Positions 39,271-53,668 of a stretch of 64,000 bases of DNA are shown here, one piece after another. This DNA comes from Eledone cirrhosa (taxonomy: Eukaryota). The stretch spans positions 316,572,001 through 316,636,000 of the forward strand of contig OZ024740.1 in the NCBI GenBank assembly GCA_964016885.1. Reading direction: 5' to 3'. Position 1 is the stretch's first letter. Each line of letters starts with the position of its first letter. The position numbers and the translations under genes are program-made. The notes below the pieces were generated by a model. That model was given only the letters and a program-made list of their open reading frames with translations, was not told the origin of the DNA and ran no database searches.

Positions 39271-40804
39271 TTAATGAAAAGTACAAGGGTCGGCAAAAAA
39301 GTTCATAGGCTGTCTATGAAGGAGTGATGCTAGAGCTGTTAAATCTTGCACGCATTAATTTCAACTCTTCATATGCTCCAATACCAGCTTAAAATGAGAA
39401 AGTTAATTATATTACTAAATCCTTTCAAATTATTGATTATTCAAAAAATTAATGGAAAAACATACATAGTTTGCTTCATTAGAAATATCGGAAACAGAAA
39501 ATGTAACATGTTAATTTTTCCTTCAAAAGAGCATTAGCAACATACGTGAAGTTAAGATTAATTCAAATGGGGATTGAAACCTCATTTTGATCTGGGTTTG
39601 CTGGGAGCTTATATCTTGCTTTACAGCATTAACCACACAAATTATGTTTCAAGCCAACAAAGGAGCCTCTATATCAAGGGTTCTCAATATTGTCCACTTT
39701 CACATGGAAAACTTTTCCACTGCCCACCTGTATAGAAAATATTCAAAAGCCTATCAAAAATGTTTGGTAAAAGTTTCTTACTGGTTCATTATTCCCATTT
39801 AGCCTCCTGTTGTTTTTTATACAGGTTCTTTGCATATCTCCTTTGAATATGTTGAAGTGGGTTGGGTAGCATATGTTGAAATAACTTCTCAATACTCAAA
39901 ATCCTTTATCGCCTACCATAATTTCCAATCGTCCACCATTTTCTGTTCCGGTGCTCATCACCCACCCAAAATTTGAAATCGCTCACCATTGGGTGATATA
40001 GCCCAGGTTGGGAAACTCTGCTATATATGGTTGCAAGACAAGTTAGAAATAGCAACCAAATATCCTTCATGTCAGACACTATTGATTTTAAAAAAGGAAG
40101 GACAAGTTGCACAATGTATCTAAAAATGAAGACAAGATTAAATGACCTTGATCATTAATTTACTAGATCAGGGTTGATAGGAGGTTAAATAATGGTTTCT
40201 GGTTTAGGCACAAGGCCAGCAATTGGGGGGGGGGGGGTGATTAAATCAACCCCAGTGCATTACTGGTACTTTATTTTATCGACCCCGTAAGGATGAAAGG
40301 CAAAACTAACCTTGGCAGGATTTAAACTCAGAATGTAAAGGGATGTAACTATATGCCGTAAAGCATATTGTCCGATGTTCTACTGATACTGACAATCCTC
40401 CACCCTATGTTTTCATAATAAAAATTTCTTATATAGGTACATATAGATGGGGGAGAACAGTCAAATATATCAACCTCAGTACTTAATTGGGACTTTAGTT
40501 TATCGACCTCCCCCTCCACAACCCAAAATGATGAAAAAAAACAATGGTGACCTTGGCTGGATTTGAACTGAGAATGTAAAGAGTTGGAACAAACACCACA
40601 AGGTATTTTATACGATTCTCTCATGATTCTGCTAATCTACCAGCAGGGGAGTGATATCGTTAACTGAATAACTACATGTCTGGTAGTTATTTCATTGATT
40701 TTGGAAGGATGAAAGGTAATGTCAATTCCAGTCAGCAACAATAACAGGTGTCAGGCATTCTATTGACTAGAGTAAGCCATCACTATTCAAAAACAAAAAG
40801 CCAA

Positions 40805-41423
40805 ACTACAGTCCATACTGTAAAGTGGTAGTATTGGTGCCATGACAAAAACCCAGTCCCCACTGCAAAGTGGTAGTATTGGTTCCATGACAAAAAACAC
40901 CCAGTCCACACTGTAAAGTGGTAGTATTGATGCCATGATAAAAAGCGCCCAGTCCCCACTGTAAAGTGGTAGTATTTGTGCCATGATAAAAAACGCCTAG
41001 TCCCCACTGTAAAGTGGTAGTATTGGTGCCACGACAAAAATTGCCCAGTCCACACTGTAAAGTGGTCGTGTTTATGTCATGACAAAAAGTGCTCAGTCCA
41101 CACTGTAACGTGGTGGCATTGGTGCCATGACAAAAACGCTCAGCCCAGACTGTAAAGTAGTTGTGTTGGTGCCACAACAAAAAACGCCCAGTCCACACTG
41201 TAAAGTGGGAGTGTTGGTGTCATGATAAAAATCACCCAGTCAACACTGTAAATGTGGTTGGCAGGGCATTACAAAAGGCATCCAGCTGTAGAAACCAAGC
41301 CAGAAACAGTTCTGTATGAGCAAGACATGGTTATCTGATTTGACTTGTCTCACAACAGGACAACTCATCTAACCCATGCTAGCATGGAAAAATGGACAAT
41401 AAATGATGATGATGATGATGATG
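40805..41423 (+). repeat. RTE-tail-derived element with an expanded ~57-bp internal tandem repeat (about 8 copies); similar at 19850-20215, 35550-35900, 46300-46675 and 48470-48825
   Basis: Unit AAAAGCACCCAGTCCACACTGTAAAGTGGTAGTATTGGTGCCATGAC followed by the RTE-type tail and (GAT)n. Confidence 0.85.
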
Positions 41424-44400
41424 CAGCAGATATAGTTGTGTGTGTATGTAACAGTAAGCTGCTTAATACCTATAGCAATAAAAACATCTTTTTGTCCTAA
41501 CTAATTATACTTTATATATATATACACTAACCCTTTTGTAACCATATTTCTAATGAAATACACTACCTATTAATTTCAAATCATTTTGAAAATAATCAAA
41601 AATTTGGAGAGGTTTAGTAACATATGAAGTTGGTATTTGGAACATAACTTAAAGGTTCTTACATAAAATTATGATAAAAAGTTTTTAGATAACTATAAAC
41701 ACCTTAAAAACAGCTTTGTATTGTAGAACCAAGGGTGGTTTCAGTTAGTTTGGTATGAAAAGGGTTAATATTTTTATGAATTATTACTTGTGGACTTGGC
41801 TATCCACGCTAGGGACTCCGTAAATGTAAATAGGTATAACTAAATACTATAAGGTATTTGGTAGAACCACTGATTTACAACATACACAAACAAACACACA
41901 TATACACACAAACACAAACACACACACATATATACACATTAACACACAAACAAACACTCACATATATATACACACACACATACAAACACATACGGTCAAA
42001 TAAACACACACAAATACACACAAACACACATACACACACAAACAAACAAACACACACATACAAACAAACACACACAAACACAATCAAATACAAGCACACA
42101 ACCACACACACACACACACACACACACAAACATACACCAACTACTATAGATATGTATGTTATGTCAATAAAACTGTTTCAGTTAAACTGTTTTGTTTGAT
42201 ATAATAAATGATTTACTGTAAGTTCTTAACAGACCCCCCCCCCCCACCCCCGCCATTCATCTCAATGTCTCGTCTCTACTTCTGTTATTTTACCAACTTA
42301 CAACCAGTCACCAGAAAATTATTTCAGGTAAGATGAGGTTTCTATACTTTTATCTTTCTCTCTCTTATCTCCAGACCCAACCTTAACAAAACTACCACCA
42401 TCTCTGCACCTATCAAATTGTCAGACCACTGCCTAATCTTGACTACCCACTACACACACACTACCCACCTCATCCTATATACTACCCATCCAACATTCTA
42501 CCCACCTCACCTCACATCACATACGACGTACCCCACATACTACTCACCCCACACATAACCCCCATATTCTACCCACCCCATCATCACTACTTCACCCCAT
42601 ATTGTGAACCCTATGGTACAAGTCAGCTAACTGGTTCTAACTAGTTCTATAATAAATATCACTGACAGAAAATAGGTTTCACCTTTTGCCATCCAAAACA
42701 GCTTCACAGGTGATTGAAGCCACCCTCCACTTAATAATTGTTTCTACTATTGGCACAAGGCCAGCAATTACTCAGTACATTACTGGTACTTTATTTTATC
42801 AACCCCATAAGGATGAAAGGCAAAGTTAACCTCGGCGGGATTTGAACTCAGAATGACAAGGGCCGTAACTCTATGCATCAAAGAATGGCGTCCGACCCTC
42901 TACCGATACTGCCAATCACTTAATAATGATCCCTTGAAAGCCCCACAAAAACAAATTTCATAACCCCCAAAATCCCTTTTGTGAATGGTTCAGTCCCACC
43001 ATCATGTATGTACACACAGGGCTGGATTAAATCTTTTTCGGGCCTTAAGCATTTAGAAGATTATGGTGCCACCCATATGTAAGGTTTAAATTAATTTGGG
43101 GTGGAGAATCATCATGTGGAGAATAACAAATATATAATTGTGCCCCTCTTTTCTTGTGGCTGTAAACATGAGCTTCTAGTCACCTCAAGAAAGTCAATGA
43201 TTCTAACAATCTCCCTTCCATTACTACACTCAAACAATGCATCCTTCAGCTACCCTCTATTCTCACCAAACTCTTTAACTCTTTCAACACCATATTTTTT
43301 TAATGAAATACACTGTATTTGAATGAATTAATGAAGAATCTGAAGGAATTAGCAAAATATTAATTATTTCATTATTATGATAGTAAAAGGGTAAAGACCC
43401 TCTTTGGTCACAAATGACCAGGGGATTTGCACCTAGAAAATTCCCCTTCGAGATACAAGTCCAAGCAAGGTTGTTTGTGGATGACCAGCAATCACTCATG
43501 CATACCGGTTTCCTCTCTCCACCACTGATGTTGTCTAAGAGAAAGACAATGGCCGATACAACTTGGTACCAGTGACATCACAACTCATTCCCACAGCTGA
43601 GTAAACTGGAGCAACGTGAAAATAAAGTGTCTTGTTTAAAGACAACACATCAATCAGTCTGAAAATTAAACTCACAACCTCACAATTGCAAGCCTAACAC
43701 TCTAACCACAAAGCCATATACCTTCACATTATTATGATAGTATTTGTAACATAATTTAACAAGAAGTTTTTATATCAAATCATGTTGGAAGGGTTTAATT
43801 TAAATAGCCATCCACTTAAAATGAGTGGTTCTGTTTTATAGAACCAGAGGCAGTTTTGGGTGAGTTGTATCAGAAGAGTTAAGTTTTCTTATTCTACATG
43901 AACCTATCTAAATTTTTAAAAACATACTTCAGTGTGCCACATTCACAAGAAGGGCAACATCTCTGATCCTGAAAACTATTGACTTATTGCTTCCACTCCT
44001 AACATCTCAGAGGTGATGAAAATAGTTGTTAATAACCACTTTCTCCAATACCTTGAAATGGACTCAAGGTATTGACCAGTTACTTCACTTTTAACCTTTT
44101 TTATATCAAATCATCCGAAACTTTCGCTGGTTCTATGATACAAAGATGTTTATTTTAAAGTTTATATTTTTCTAAAAACCTTTCTTCATAATTTTATGTA
44201 AGAGGCCTCATTAAGTTATGTTTCAAACACCATCTTAGTAATGACAAAGTTAGTTACATTACTATATTCCTCCAAATTTTTCATTATATTTGCAATTATT
44301 TTAAAACTATAGGCAGTTATTTTTCATAAGAAATATACTCATGAAAGTGTTAACACAAGAATCATGTGTTCTTTCACAAAGTGATTGACCCTACTAGATC

Positions 44401-44608
44401 AGATAAAAACTAACATTGTTATTCAGTCTATGTTAGATGCTTATTTAGACTACCCAGTGTATCTTAAACTACATTATACAATGTGTCCTTAACAACAAAT
44501 AATAAACAACAAGTAAAAATAAAATGCCATTGTGGTATTTATTCTGGCTTTCATCCTTCTGAGGAGTCGATAAAATAAAGTATCATTTATGTACTGGGGT
44601 TGATTTAG

Positions 44609-44810
44609 CTCTTTAACATTTACATTATATTGTATTTTAACAGTAAAAGCTTGATCTCACATTATATCGTATCTATGAGATTTTGATAATGTTATAATTC
44701 ATTTTGAGAACAATACCTTAACATTAGTATGAGCGGCTGGTTATGGCCAGTTTGAACAGAAAGAGGTGAGAGAATTCTGGCCAGATACGGTCGGTTTAAA
44801 TACTAAAGGG
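44609..44810 (-). mobile_element. MITE family A inserted into a SINE
   Basis: Splits the SINE sequence GGGGTTGAT-TTAA-TCAACTTTGCCC. Confidence 0.85.
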
Positions 44811-46958
44811 TTAATCAACTTTGCCCTTCCCCAGATTTGCTAGACTTGTGCCTATTTTAGAAGCCATTCATCATCATCATCAACATTTCATTTTACGTCC
44901 GCTTTTCCCTGCTTGCAAGGGTGGGACGGGAACTGATACTGGCTTGATTTCTACAGCTGGATGCCCTTCCTAACACCAACCACATTGCAGTGTGGGCTGG
45001 GTGCTGTTTTACCGTGGCACCTCCACGACCACTTTGCAGTGGAATGATAGGGACCCCAGTCCCTATCATCTCATTTCTGTAGCTGAGTAAACTGGAGCAA
45101 TGTGAAATAAAGTGTCTTGCTCAAGGAAACAACACATCACCCGGTCTGAGAATTGAACTCACAACCTTTCGATTGCAAGGCCAATGCTCTAACCACTAAG
45201 CCATGTGCCTACAATGTATATATTAATATAAATAAAGTACCAGTAATGCACTGGGGTCGATTTAATCAACTTTCTCCTTCCCTTCAAATTGCTGACCTTG
45301 TGCCTAAAGTAGAAACAATTACATATTAATATATTGTAGTGCACCTGAGCACTGTACACAATAATTTCATTATTATAACTCATTATACACACCCATTCAT
45401 GCCATCTCTACCTAATTACTACCACTCCCAGTTGGAGTATAACATCTAAAATACTACAAAGCATCAAAGTAAATTCTGTTGGTGACAAACCTATTACTGT
45501 CAACTTCCACTTCAAAGTTTAATAATAAGGACAGCTTGACAGATATATAGGATGGAGAGGTGAGGAAGAAAAAAAGTATGTGCATGCATATATATATATA
45601 TATATCATCATCATTTTACGTCTGCTTTTCCTATGTGTGTGTGTGTGTGTGAAGGTGTGTGGTTTTATGGTTAGGGTATTCTGCTCACAATTGTAAGGTC
45701 GAGAGTTCAATTCCTGGCAGCGTGTTGTGTCCTTGAGTAAAACACTTTATTTTTCACATTGCTCCAGTCCACTCAGCTGGCAAAAATGAGTTGTACCTGT
45801 AATTTGAAAGGCCAGCTTTGTCACATTCTATGTCATGCTGAATCTCCCTGAGAACTACATTAAGGGTACGTGTGTCTATGGAATGTTGAGCACATTAATT
45901 TCATGAGCTGTTCTATTAATTGGATCAGCTGGAACACTCATGGTCATAACCGATGGAGTGCCAGTTTATATATATATATGTATAATCCTCATTAACGTCC
46001 ATTTGCCATTCTAGCATGGGTTAGACGGGTTGTCCCATTTGAGGCATGTCAGGTCAGGTGACCATGTCTTGCTCATATAGAACTGTTTCTGGCTTCATTT
46101 CTACAGTTGGATGCCCTTCCTAATGCCAACGACATTTATAGTGAGTGCTGGGGTTTTTTTGCGATATATATGAGCACAGGCTGAAGCATACATCATGTGT
46201 GCACCACCTCAACCCCCTTCCATTTACCTCTCATGACCTCATATTTGCCCAAATACCCACTTCCCCAATCCCCACACACTTCTCCCACCAAAGTCTTCAG
46301 CCCACACTATAAAGTGATTGAGATGGCGACACAACAAAAAGTGCCCAGTCGACACTTAAGTGGTCATGTTGGTATCATGACAAAACAAAAAAGCACCCAA
46401 CCCACACTGTAAAGTGGTCATGTGGGTGTCACGACAAAAGGCACCCAGTCCACACTGTAAAATGGTCGTGTGTCATGACAAAAAACATCTAGTACATACT
46501 GTAAATGTGGTTGGCATTAGGAAGGGCATCCTGCTGTAGAAACCAAGCCAGAATGGAACATATGAGCAAGGCATGGTCATCTTACCTGTCAAATTTTGGA
46601 AAGTGACAACCTGATTAACCCATGCCAATAAGGAAAATAGATGTAAAACGGTGACAGTAATGATGATGATGATGATATATAATCAAGCAAACAAGGGAGC
46701 CTATATATGGTCAAATGTCGTGCTAGAAATAGCAGTCAAATTCCCTCAAACCACATCCAATCATTTTAAAAATGGAAGGATATATTTGACAATGTAGACC
46801 TAGATATACACAAAGACAAAATGGTCATGGCTGGAATGCCTTTGGCTATATACATGTCTGCTACTTGTCAAGAAATAACTTAATTATCAAACATAAAATA
46901 GTAAATATATATTTCAAAATATCAGAAACATAAAAAAAAAAATCAAATGCAAAAGAAA

Positions 46959-47278
46959 TACAAGGGTAGGATGAAAAGTTCATAATGTGACTATGAAGGA
47001 GTGATGCTAGAGCTGTGAAATCTTGCATGTATTAATTTCAACTCTTCATATTAATAACTGCACTGTTTCTTTGTTGAAAACTAAACCTCATTTGGTAATT
47101 CCATGAGAGTAACTTGGTCAGCCTATAAACCTTTTTCAGACAACCCTTGTATATATTAATATATATATATATAGGCTGACTATGAAAGAGTAATGCTAGA
47201 GCTATGAAATCTTGAAATGAGGTTCATTATGAGAGTATCTTGGTCAGCCCAGGAACTTTTTTTCAGCCAACCCTCGTA
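46959..47278. mobile_element. Mariner-like MITE plus a partial second copy; another fragment at about 39282-39372
   Basis: TA-flanked imperfect TIRs TACAAGGGT..GAAAAGTTCAT / A(T)AAAC.TTTTCAG.CAACCCT(T/C)GTA. Confidence 0.65.
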
Positions 47279-49109
47279 TATAATATAAGATATATGATAT
47301 AAAAAAATTATCATAAAATCATAAAATTATCATAATTTTTTTTTTTTTATTATCAAAAGAAAGCAATATAAAATAATGGCAAGTCCTGCACTGACTTTAA
47401 TTAAGTATTTTACAATAAACAAATGAGAAATTTTTTATTGTTAATGAGATTAATTGGTTATCAGGAGAATGATAAGAAACTAAGAAGTTTTATCTATGAT
47501 AGCTATTAAGTAAAAGAGATTCATTTTGTTTTATAAATATATAATCAGTTGATCAAGTGTGTACAAGTAATTACCTGATCGCATTTTAGCCCGTTTTTTA
47601 AAATAATTTATCAATATCATAGCAGATATGTGTGTATGTGTGTGTGGTGTGTGGTGTGTGTGTTTCATGTCAAGTGACCGGAGTGGTGGTGGTGAAGATG
47701 GTGGTGGTGGTGAAGATAGTGGTGGTGGTGATGGTGGTGGTGGTGTGTGTGTGCATGTTATGTCAAGTGACTGGGTGATGATGGTGGTGGTGTGTTGGGA
47801 TTGGTGGTGTGATGGTGTAGTGTTGTTGTTGGTGGTGGTGTAGTGGTGTTGATGGTGGTGGTGGTAGTTGTTGTTGACTAGTCTAGTAAGAGATTAAGCT
47901 GCTTTAACATTTGTGTGTGAGTATATATGTGTTTATGTATGCGTCTGAGTTTGTGTGTATGTATCTGTTTTTGTGTTTGTTTGCATGTATGTGTGTACAT
48001 GTGCTTGTGTGTTTGAATGTATGTGTGTTTATGTGTATGTGTGTATTTCATGGCGAGTTGTTTATGTTGTTGTTATTCTTACTCAGACTAGCAGAAGACT
48101 ATATCATTTACCAACCTTCAGTTCATTGGAGTGTTGGAGTTGTCACTAAAGGTGAGAATGGCTCATGGAACTGATATAATTCCAGAGTTAGAATTAGAGA
48201 TATTTCTTAAAATTATAACTGATTCTCCAATTCCATAGTCAAACTTACCATATATACTCAAACATAAATCAAGGAATATGTGACCCCCCAAAAAAATAAA
48301 AAATAAAAAGAATCGGTGATAGGAGGGGGGGGGGGGGGGCTTATTATACTGATTTGAAGTTATGGAAAAAATTTGCTATATGAATTTATATTAGCACCCA
48401 CGTCTTAATCCCCACCCTTCATTCACATTCTAATCACCGCACCTTTCACCCATGTCTTTACCTCCACCTGCCCCAGTCCACACTGGTAACATAACAAAAA
48501 GCATCCAGTCAATACTTAAGTGGTTTTGTTGGTATCATGACAAAACAAAAAGTACCTAACCCACACCGTCAAGTGGTTGTGTAGGTGCCACGATGAAAAG
48601 CACCCAGTACACACTGTAATGTGGCAGTGTAGGTGTCACAACAAAAAGCACCAACCCACACTGTAAATGTAGTTGGCATTAGGAAGGAGATCCAGCTATA
48701 GAAACCAAGTTAGAATCAGTTTTGTATGAGGAAGACATGGTCACTTAATCTGACTTGTCTCAAATTAGGCAACCCATCCAACCCATGCTAACATGGAAAA
48801 TAGATGTTAAACAATGATAATGATACAGAGAAGGTATTTTTTTTTTAATTAAAAAAATACTTGGGAAAGAGAAAAAAGAGGAAAAAAAGTGGTGAAAAAA
48901 AATTATATAAAGGAAAAAGGAGAAAGAGAGGGGACAAACATTACATTATTGGTTGGGCAGTAGATGTAGATTTTAGCTGTGCCTTGTCATTCCACCTCAT
49001 GAGGCTCCTTCCTCGGGTGAGATACACACCTTCTAATATTTCTGAGGACCAAGAATACTAGAGGTCTCAATGGCAATGAGCACAAAAAAAAAAGTGATTA
49101 ATCAAAGTC

Positions 49110-52100
49110 CAGTATTGTGTTACCTTCTACCTTTATGTTACAGTATTGTGTTACCTTCTACCTTTATGTTACAGTATTGTGTTACCTTCTACCTTTATGT
49201 TACACTATTGTGTTACCTTCTACCTTTATGTTACAGTATTGTGTTACCTTCTACCTTTATGTTACAGTATTGTGTTACCTTCTACCTTTATGTTACAGTA
49301 TTGTGTTACCTTCTACCTTTATGTTACAGTATTGTGTTACCTTCTACCTTTATGTTACAGTATTGTGTTACCTTCTACCTTTATGTTACACTATTGTGTT
49401 ACCTTCTACCTTTATGTTACAGTATTGTGTTACCTTCTACCTTTATGTTACACTATTGTGTTACCTTCTACCTTTATGTTACAGTATTGTGTTACCTTCT
49501 ACCTTTATGTTACACTATTGTGTTACCTTCTACCTTTATGTTACAGTATTGTGTTACCTTCTACCTTTATGTTACAGTATTGTGTTACCTTCTACCTTTA
49601 TGTTACAGTATTGTGTTACCTTCTACCTTTATGTTACAGTATTGTGTTACCTTCTACCTTTATGTTACACTATTGTGTTACCTTCTACCTTTATGTTACA
49701 GTATTGTGTTACCTTCTACCTTTATGTTACAGTATTGTGTTACCTTCTACCTTTATGTTACAGGTGGTGATACCTTCTACCTTTATGTTACAGTATTGTG
49801 TTACCTTCTACCTTTATGTTACAGTATTGTGTTACCTTCTACCTTTATGTTACAGTATTGTGTTACCTTCTACCTTTATGTTACACTATTGTGTTACCTT
49901 CTACCTTTATGTTACACTATTGTGTTACCTTCTACCTTTATGTTACACTATTGTGTTACCTTCTACCTTTATGTTACACTATTGTGTTACCTTCTACCTT
50001 TATGTTACAGTATTGTGTTACCTTCTACCTTTATGTTACACTATTGTGTTACCTTCTACCTTTATGTTACACTATTGTGTTACCTTCTACCTTTATGTTA
50101 CACTATTGTGTTACCTTCTACCTTTATGTTACAGTATTGTGTTACCTTCTACCTTTATGTTACAGTATTGTGTTACCTTCTACCTTTATGTTACAGTATT
50201 GTGTTACCTTCTACCTTTATGTTACAGTATTGTGTTACCTTCTACCTTTATGTTACAGTATTGTGTTACCTTCTACCTTTATGTTACACTATTGTGTTAC
50301 CTTCTACCTTTATGTTACAGTATTGTGTTACCTTCTACCTTTATGTTACACTATTGTGTTACCTTCTACCTTTATGTTACACTATTGTGTTACCTTCTAC
50401 CTTTATGTTACAGTATTGTGTTACCTTCTACCTTTATGTTACAGTATTGTGTTACCTTCTACCTTTATGTTACAGTATTGTGTTACCTTCTACCTTTATG
50501 TTACAGTATTGTGTTACCTTCTACCTTTATGTTACAGTATTGTGTTACCTTCTACCTTTATGTTACACTATTGTGTTACCTTCTACCTTTATGTTACAGT
50601 ATTGTGTTACCTTCTACCTTTATGTTACACTATTGTGTTACCTTCTACCTTTATGTTACACTATTGTGTTACCTTCTACCTTTATGTTACAGTATTGTGT
50701 TACCTTCTACCTTTATGTTACAGTATTGTGTTACCTTCTACCTTTATGTTACAGTATTGTGTTACCTTCTACCTTTATGTTACAGTATTGTGTTACCTTC
50801 TACCTTTATGTTACAGTATTGTGTTACCTTCTACCTTTATGTTACAGTATTGTGTTACCTTCTACCTTTATGTTACACTATTGTGTTACCTTCTACCTTT
50901 ATGTTACAGTATTGTGTTACCTTCTACCTTTATGTTACACTATTGTGTTACCTTCTACCTTTATGTTACACTATTGTGTTACCTTCTACCTTTATGTTAC
51001 AGTATTGTGTTACCTTCTACCTTTATGTTACAGTATTGTGTTACCTTCTACCTTTATGTTACAGTATTGTGTTACCTTCTACCTTTATGTTACAGTATTG
51101 TGTTACCTTCTACCTTTATGTTACAGTATTGTGTTACCTTCTACCTTTATGTTACAGTATTGTGTTACCTTCTACCTTTATGTTACAGTATTGTGTTACC
51201 TTCTACCTTTATGTTACACTATTGTGTTACCTTCTACCTTTATGTTACACTATTGTGTTACCTTCTACCTTTATGTTACACTATTGTGTTACCTTCTACC
51301 TTTATGTTACACTATTGTGTTACCTTCTACCTTTATGTTACAGTATTGTGTTACCTTCTACCTTTATGTTACAGTATTGTGTTACCTTCTACCTTTATGT
51401 TACAGTATTGTGTTACCTTCTACCTTTATGTTACAGTATTGTGTTACCTTCTACCTTTATGTTACAGTATTGTGTTACCTTCTACCTTTATGTTACAGTA
51501 TTGTGTTACCTTCTACCTTTATGTTACAGTATTGTGTTACCTTCTACCTTTATGTTACAGTATTGTGTTACCTTCTACCTTTATGTTACAGTATTGTGTT
51601 ACCTTCTACCTTTATGTTACAGTATTGTGTTACCTTCTACCTTTATGTTACAGTATTGTGTTACCTTCTACCTTTATGTTACAGTATTGTTACCTTCTAC
51701 CTTTATGTTACAGTATTGTGTTACCTTCTACCTTTATGTTACAGTATTGTGTTACCTTCTACCTTTATGTTACAGTATTGTGTTACCTTCTACCTTTATG
51801 TTACAGTATTGTGTTACCTTCTACCTTTATGTTACAGTATTGTGTTACCTTCTACCTTTATGTTACAGTATTGTGTTACCTTCTACCTTTATGTTACACT
51901 ATTGTGTTACCTTCTACCTTTATGTTACAGTATTGTGTTACCTTCTACCTTTATGTTACACTATTGTGTTACCTTCTACCTTTATGTTACACTATTGTGT
52001 TACCTTCTACCTTTATGTTACAGTATTGTGTTACCTTCTACCTTTATGTTACAGTATTGTGTTACCTTCTACCTTTATGTTACAGTATTGTGTTACCTTC

Positions 52101-52457
52101 TACCTTTATGTTACAGTATTGTGTTACCTTCTACCTTTATGTTACAGTATTGTGTTACCTTCTACCTTTATGTTACAGTATTGTGTTACCTTCTACCTTT
52201 ATGTTACACTATTGTGTTACCTTCTACCTTTATGTTACAGTATTGTGTTACCTTCTACCTTTATGTTACAGTATTGTGTTACCTTCTACCTTTATGTTAC
52301 AGTATTGTGTTACCTTCTACCTTTATGTTACACTATTGTGTTACCTTCTACCTTTATGTTACACTATTGTGTTACCTTCTACCTTTATGTTACACTATTG
52401 TGTTACCTTCTACCTTTATGTTACAGTATTGTGTTACCTTCTACCTTTATGTTACAG
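49110..52457. repeat. 31-bp satellite (CA[G/C]TATTGTGTTACCTTCTACCTTTATGTTA)n, about 108 copies
   Basis: Near-perfect 31-bp period with a single dimorphic position. Confidence 0.99.
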
Positions 52458-53372
52458 GTGGTGATACCTAAGTTTATGACTGAAGTGATCAGATTGTCAC
52501 TAGAGAACATTTCACAACATGGGACACCCTAGATTAGGGATTTACACCCCCTAACTCCTTCTTCACTTGAATGGGAAAAGTGTCATGCCATTTAATTTGT
52601 ACCACCATTGTGATTAAAACTGACAGACTCCAATTGTGATGGGATGAAATGGTAATGGTCTCTGATGATGTCTCCTGTACCAGTTGAAGCTTCAATCAGC
52701 TTATTCATTCCTTTACAATCAGCAGTAAAATATGTAAAAAGACACATATTTACATATGTCTACATCATCATCAACAGTTTTATAATAATATAATAATTGT
52801 TTCTACTTTTGGCACAAGGCCAGGAATTACCCAGTGTATTACTGGTACTTTATTTTATCGACCCCGTAAGGATGAAAGGCAAAGTAAACCTCGGTGGGAT
52901 TTGAACTCAGACCGTAAAGGGACATAACTATGCTGGAAAGCATGGTGTCCGACTCTCTACCGATACTGCCAATAATGAAAATTATTGTGTACAGTGCTCA
53001 GGTGCACTCCAACTCATCAAAGGTGCATGTATAGTACATAGAATGACAAATGTCAGGAAAGTGAACAATGTATGAGTCATGATATACACACAGAGAAACA
53101 GACTTCATGCGTGCGTGTATGTAGAGGGGAATATCTGGTGCATTCAAAAAGGTACTTCAGGGTTGTTGTTGCAAAGATGGTATTATGTCACTTTTCTATG
53201 TTAACAAGGGTTGGACAAGATATTTTTTAGATTGTATTCTACAGTTGGATGTTCTTCCTGAAGCCAAATAAGGTAATGATTTTACTGAGTCATGGGACTT
53301 GTTTTTATGCAGGTTATAAATAAACACCACTGTTAGAAATATCAGATTTGCAAAACACAGATATGGAGATAA

Positions 53373-53405
<33 letters not shown>

Positions 53406-53490
53406 CAGGGTGTCCCCAAAAATGTATACACACTTTATATAGAATGCTGTTGAAATGTGTAAACTACAGTAGAAGGCACCCAAGATGTCA

Positions 53491-53533
<43 letters not shown>

Positions 53534-53603
53534 TATCCAGCGAACCTTCAACCGTCAAGGTTGTTTTTCTACGAGTATGTCAACATTTATAAAACAAATT
53601 TTG

Positions 53604-53668
53604 TATTTTATCTGATGAAAGCGCACCAAAACTGCCTTGGTTGCCCTTGAAATATATATAATAAAATA
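53604..53668 (+). ncRNA. Type-I hammerhead ribozyme motif (Penelope-associated type)
   Basis: Stem I TATTTTAT/ATAAAATA (8 bp perfect), CTGATGA, stem II AAG.GCA.CCAA...TTGG.TGC.CTT, GAAA, palindromic stem III ATATATAT, AUA cleavage triplet. Confidence 0.7.

Noticed and set aside
49070-52532. ORFs of 888-1133 aa
   Set aside because: They are translations of a stop-free 31-bp satellite, giving the same 31-aa repeat in all three frames; there is no evidence of coding.
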